Origin: Dendrobates tinctorius
Lineage: Eukaryota
Direction: 5' to 3'
Length of the DNA: 51,553 nt
Assembly (NCBI RefSeq): GCF_039654945.1
Contig: NW_027361819.1
Span: forward strand, 1,624,448-1,676,000
Shown piece after piece: positions 50,362 to 51,553 of this stretch; positions within the stretch are counted from its first letter, which is position 1; each line of letters begins with the position of its first letter. The position numbers were made by a program, and so were the translations under genes. The notes under the pieces are model-generated. The model was not told the DNA's origin, made no database searches, and saw only the letters and a list, made by a program, of their open reading frames with translations.

Positions 50362-51553
50362 GGCCTCTTTCACACATCAGGTTTTCGCCGTCAGGCGCGA
50401 TCCGGCGCTTTTGACAGAAACCGGATCCGGCGAAATGCAATGCCGGATCCGGTTTCCCCCCCATTGACTTGCATTTGCGCCGGATCGCGCCGGATGGCCA
50501 TGCGTTTCATCCGGTTTTCGCCGGATCCGGCAATGTGTCGCAATGTGTCGCGATCCGGCGTCTGGAAAAAACGTCTACTGTAACGTTTTTTGTCTCCGGC
50601 GAAAAAGCCGGACACGCCGGATCCGGCGCGTCCGGCTTTTTCACACAATGAAAGCCTATGAGCGCCGCAATGCGCCGGATCCGACGGCCGGATCCGTATT
50701 TTTGGTCTGAGCATGCTCAGTAGCTCTGCCCACAAGACATATATAAAAGCAAGACAGTGGGACCCACAGCCACACCCAACATGCCACCCAAGACAGCAAC
50801 CAGGCGCAGGAGAAGGCAGGAGACATCTGCAGCAGCACCATCAGCACCACCCCAATTGGAGCAGCATGCTGAACAACGGGAGGGGAGTCCAGCAGCAGAT
50901 GAGAGACGGTAATTATCAAATCACCCATTCCTCCAAACTAGGGCTATTGAATATCAAGATATTCATTGGCCCTTTGTTTCTCTTCATTCAACAGCCGCCC
51001 AATAGATGCAGCAGCAGCAATGGCAGCAGCTTGAACACCACCCACAGGCATGGAGTGTGGCCACCAGGAAGACAGCACATCATCTTCTGGGAGCCCTCCC
51101 TCGCATCGTCAGCGTTTGACGGTAAGTTTTTATTTCCAAAATCCATCTTCTCTGTAATATATGTCTATTCATGGCCTTTTATTTCAAAACAGGAATCACA
51201 AGATGAAGAGGAGCTCCCAGAAGAAGAAGGAAGGGGTGGACAGACACCTGGAGTGGGCTCACAATTGGTAAGTTTTTTGCATCAAACGCAGAAACACAAC
51301 ATCACACTACACACAACACATAGAAAACAATGTTCTGCAGACCACACACAGCAAACAAATGCCTACATCCAAAGACATAACATTTTTTGTTTTCTTCTCT
51401 AGTCTTCCCAATCTGGTGCTTGGCCAAGAGGTCCTCGCAGTGCCTCCCAGGGTCGTCGGCGACAGCAACGCGGCGGTCACCAGCGTGTAAGTATAAATAT
51501 TTTTGCTTTGTTTTTTTGCACTTTTTATTTCATTTCTTTTGTGGAGGCTAATT
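50362..51553 (+). mobile_element. Left part of a probable PIF/Harbinger transposon
   Basis: TTA followed by GGCCTCTTTCACAC terminus, subterminal CCGGATCCGG repeats to about 50700, then a spliced ORF. Right end lies outside the window. Confidence 0.5.
51050..51486 (+). CDS. First three coding exons (51050-51121, 51193-51267, 51403-51486) of a spliced gene with low-complexity N-terminus; continues beyond the window
   Basis: Three phase-0 exons, GTAAGT donors and pyrimidine-rich AG acceptors. Spliced frame is open: MECGHQEDSTSSSGSPPSHRQRLT-ESQDEEELPEEEGRGGQTPGVGSQL-SSQSGAWPRGPRSASQGRRRQQRGGHQR. Confidence 0.6.

Noticed and set aside
50713-51402. 229-aa unspliced ORF
   Set aside because: It reads through apparent introns. 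The spliced three-exon model fits the splice signals better.

Overview
Eukaryotic (vertebrate, most likely frog by repeat content and TRIM type; inference) repeat-rich locus built from three ~12.4-kb tandem units. Each unit starts with an intronless RING-Bbox1-Bbox2-coiled-coil-PRY/SPRY TRIM gene: copy A 2733-4301 intact, copy B 25572-27116 disrupted, copy C 38023-39591 intact. The A-B spacer carries two young insertions whose empty sites survive elsewhere in the window. One is a 7.3-kb class I endogenous retrovirus (6856-14190, minus strand) with 392/393-identical LTRs, a tRNA-Lys3-type PBS and gamma-type env, but no protease or RT polymerase domain and about ten coding lesions. The other is a 5'-truncated CR1 LINE (21850-25159, minus strand). 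The spacers are otherwise nested MITEs, a hAT-like element with a minisatellite, and solo LTRs. Main observations: an apparently helper-dependent RT-less ERV, a hypervariable mosaic SPRY patch among the TRIM paralogs, an unequal-crossover switch near 30,900, copy-specific ISRE and poly(A) differences, a 27-bp micro-inversion, and a spliced ORF at the right edge that the ORF track misses. All alignments and counts were done by eye.
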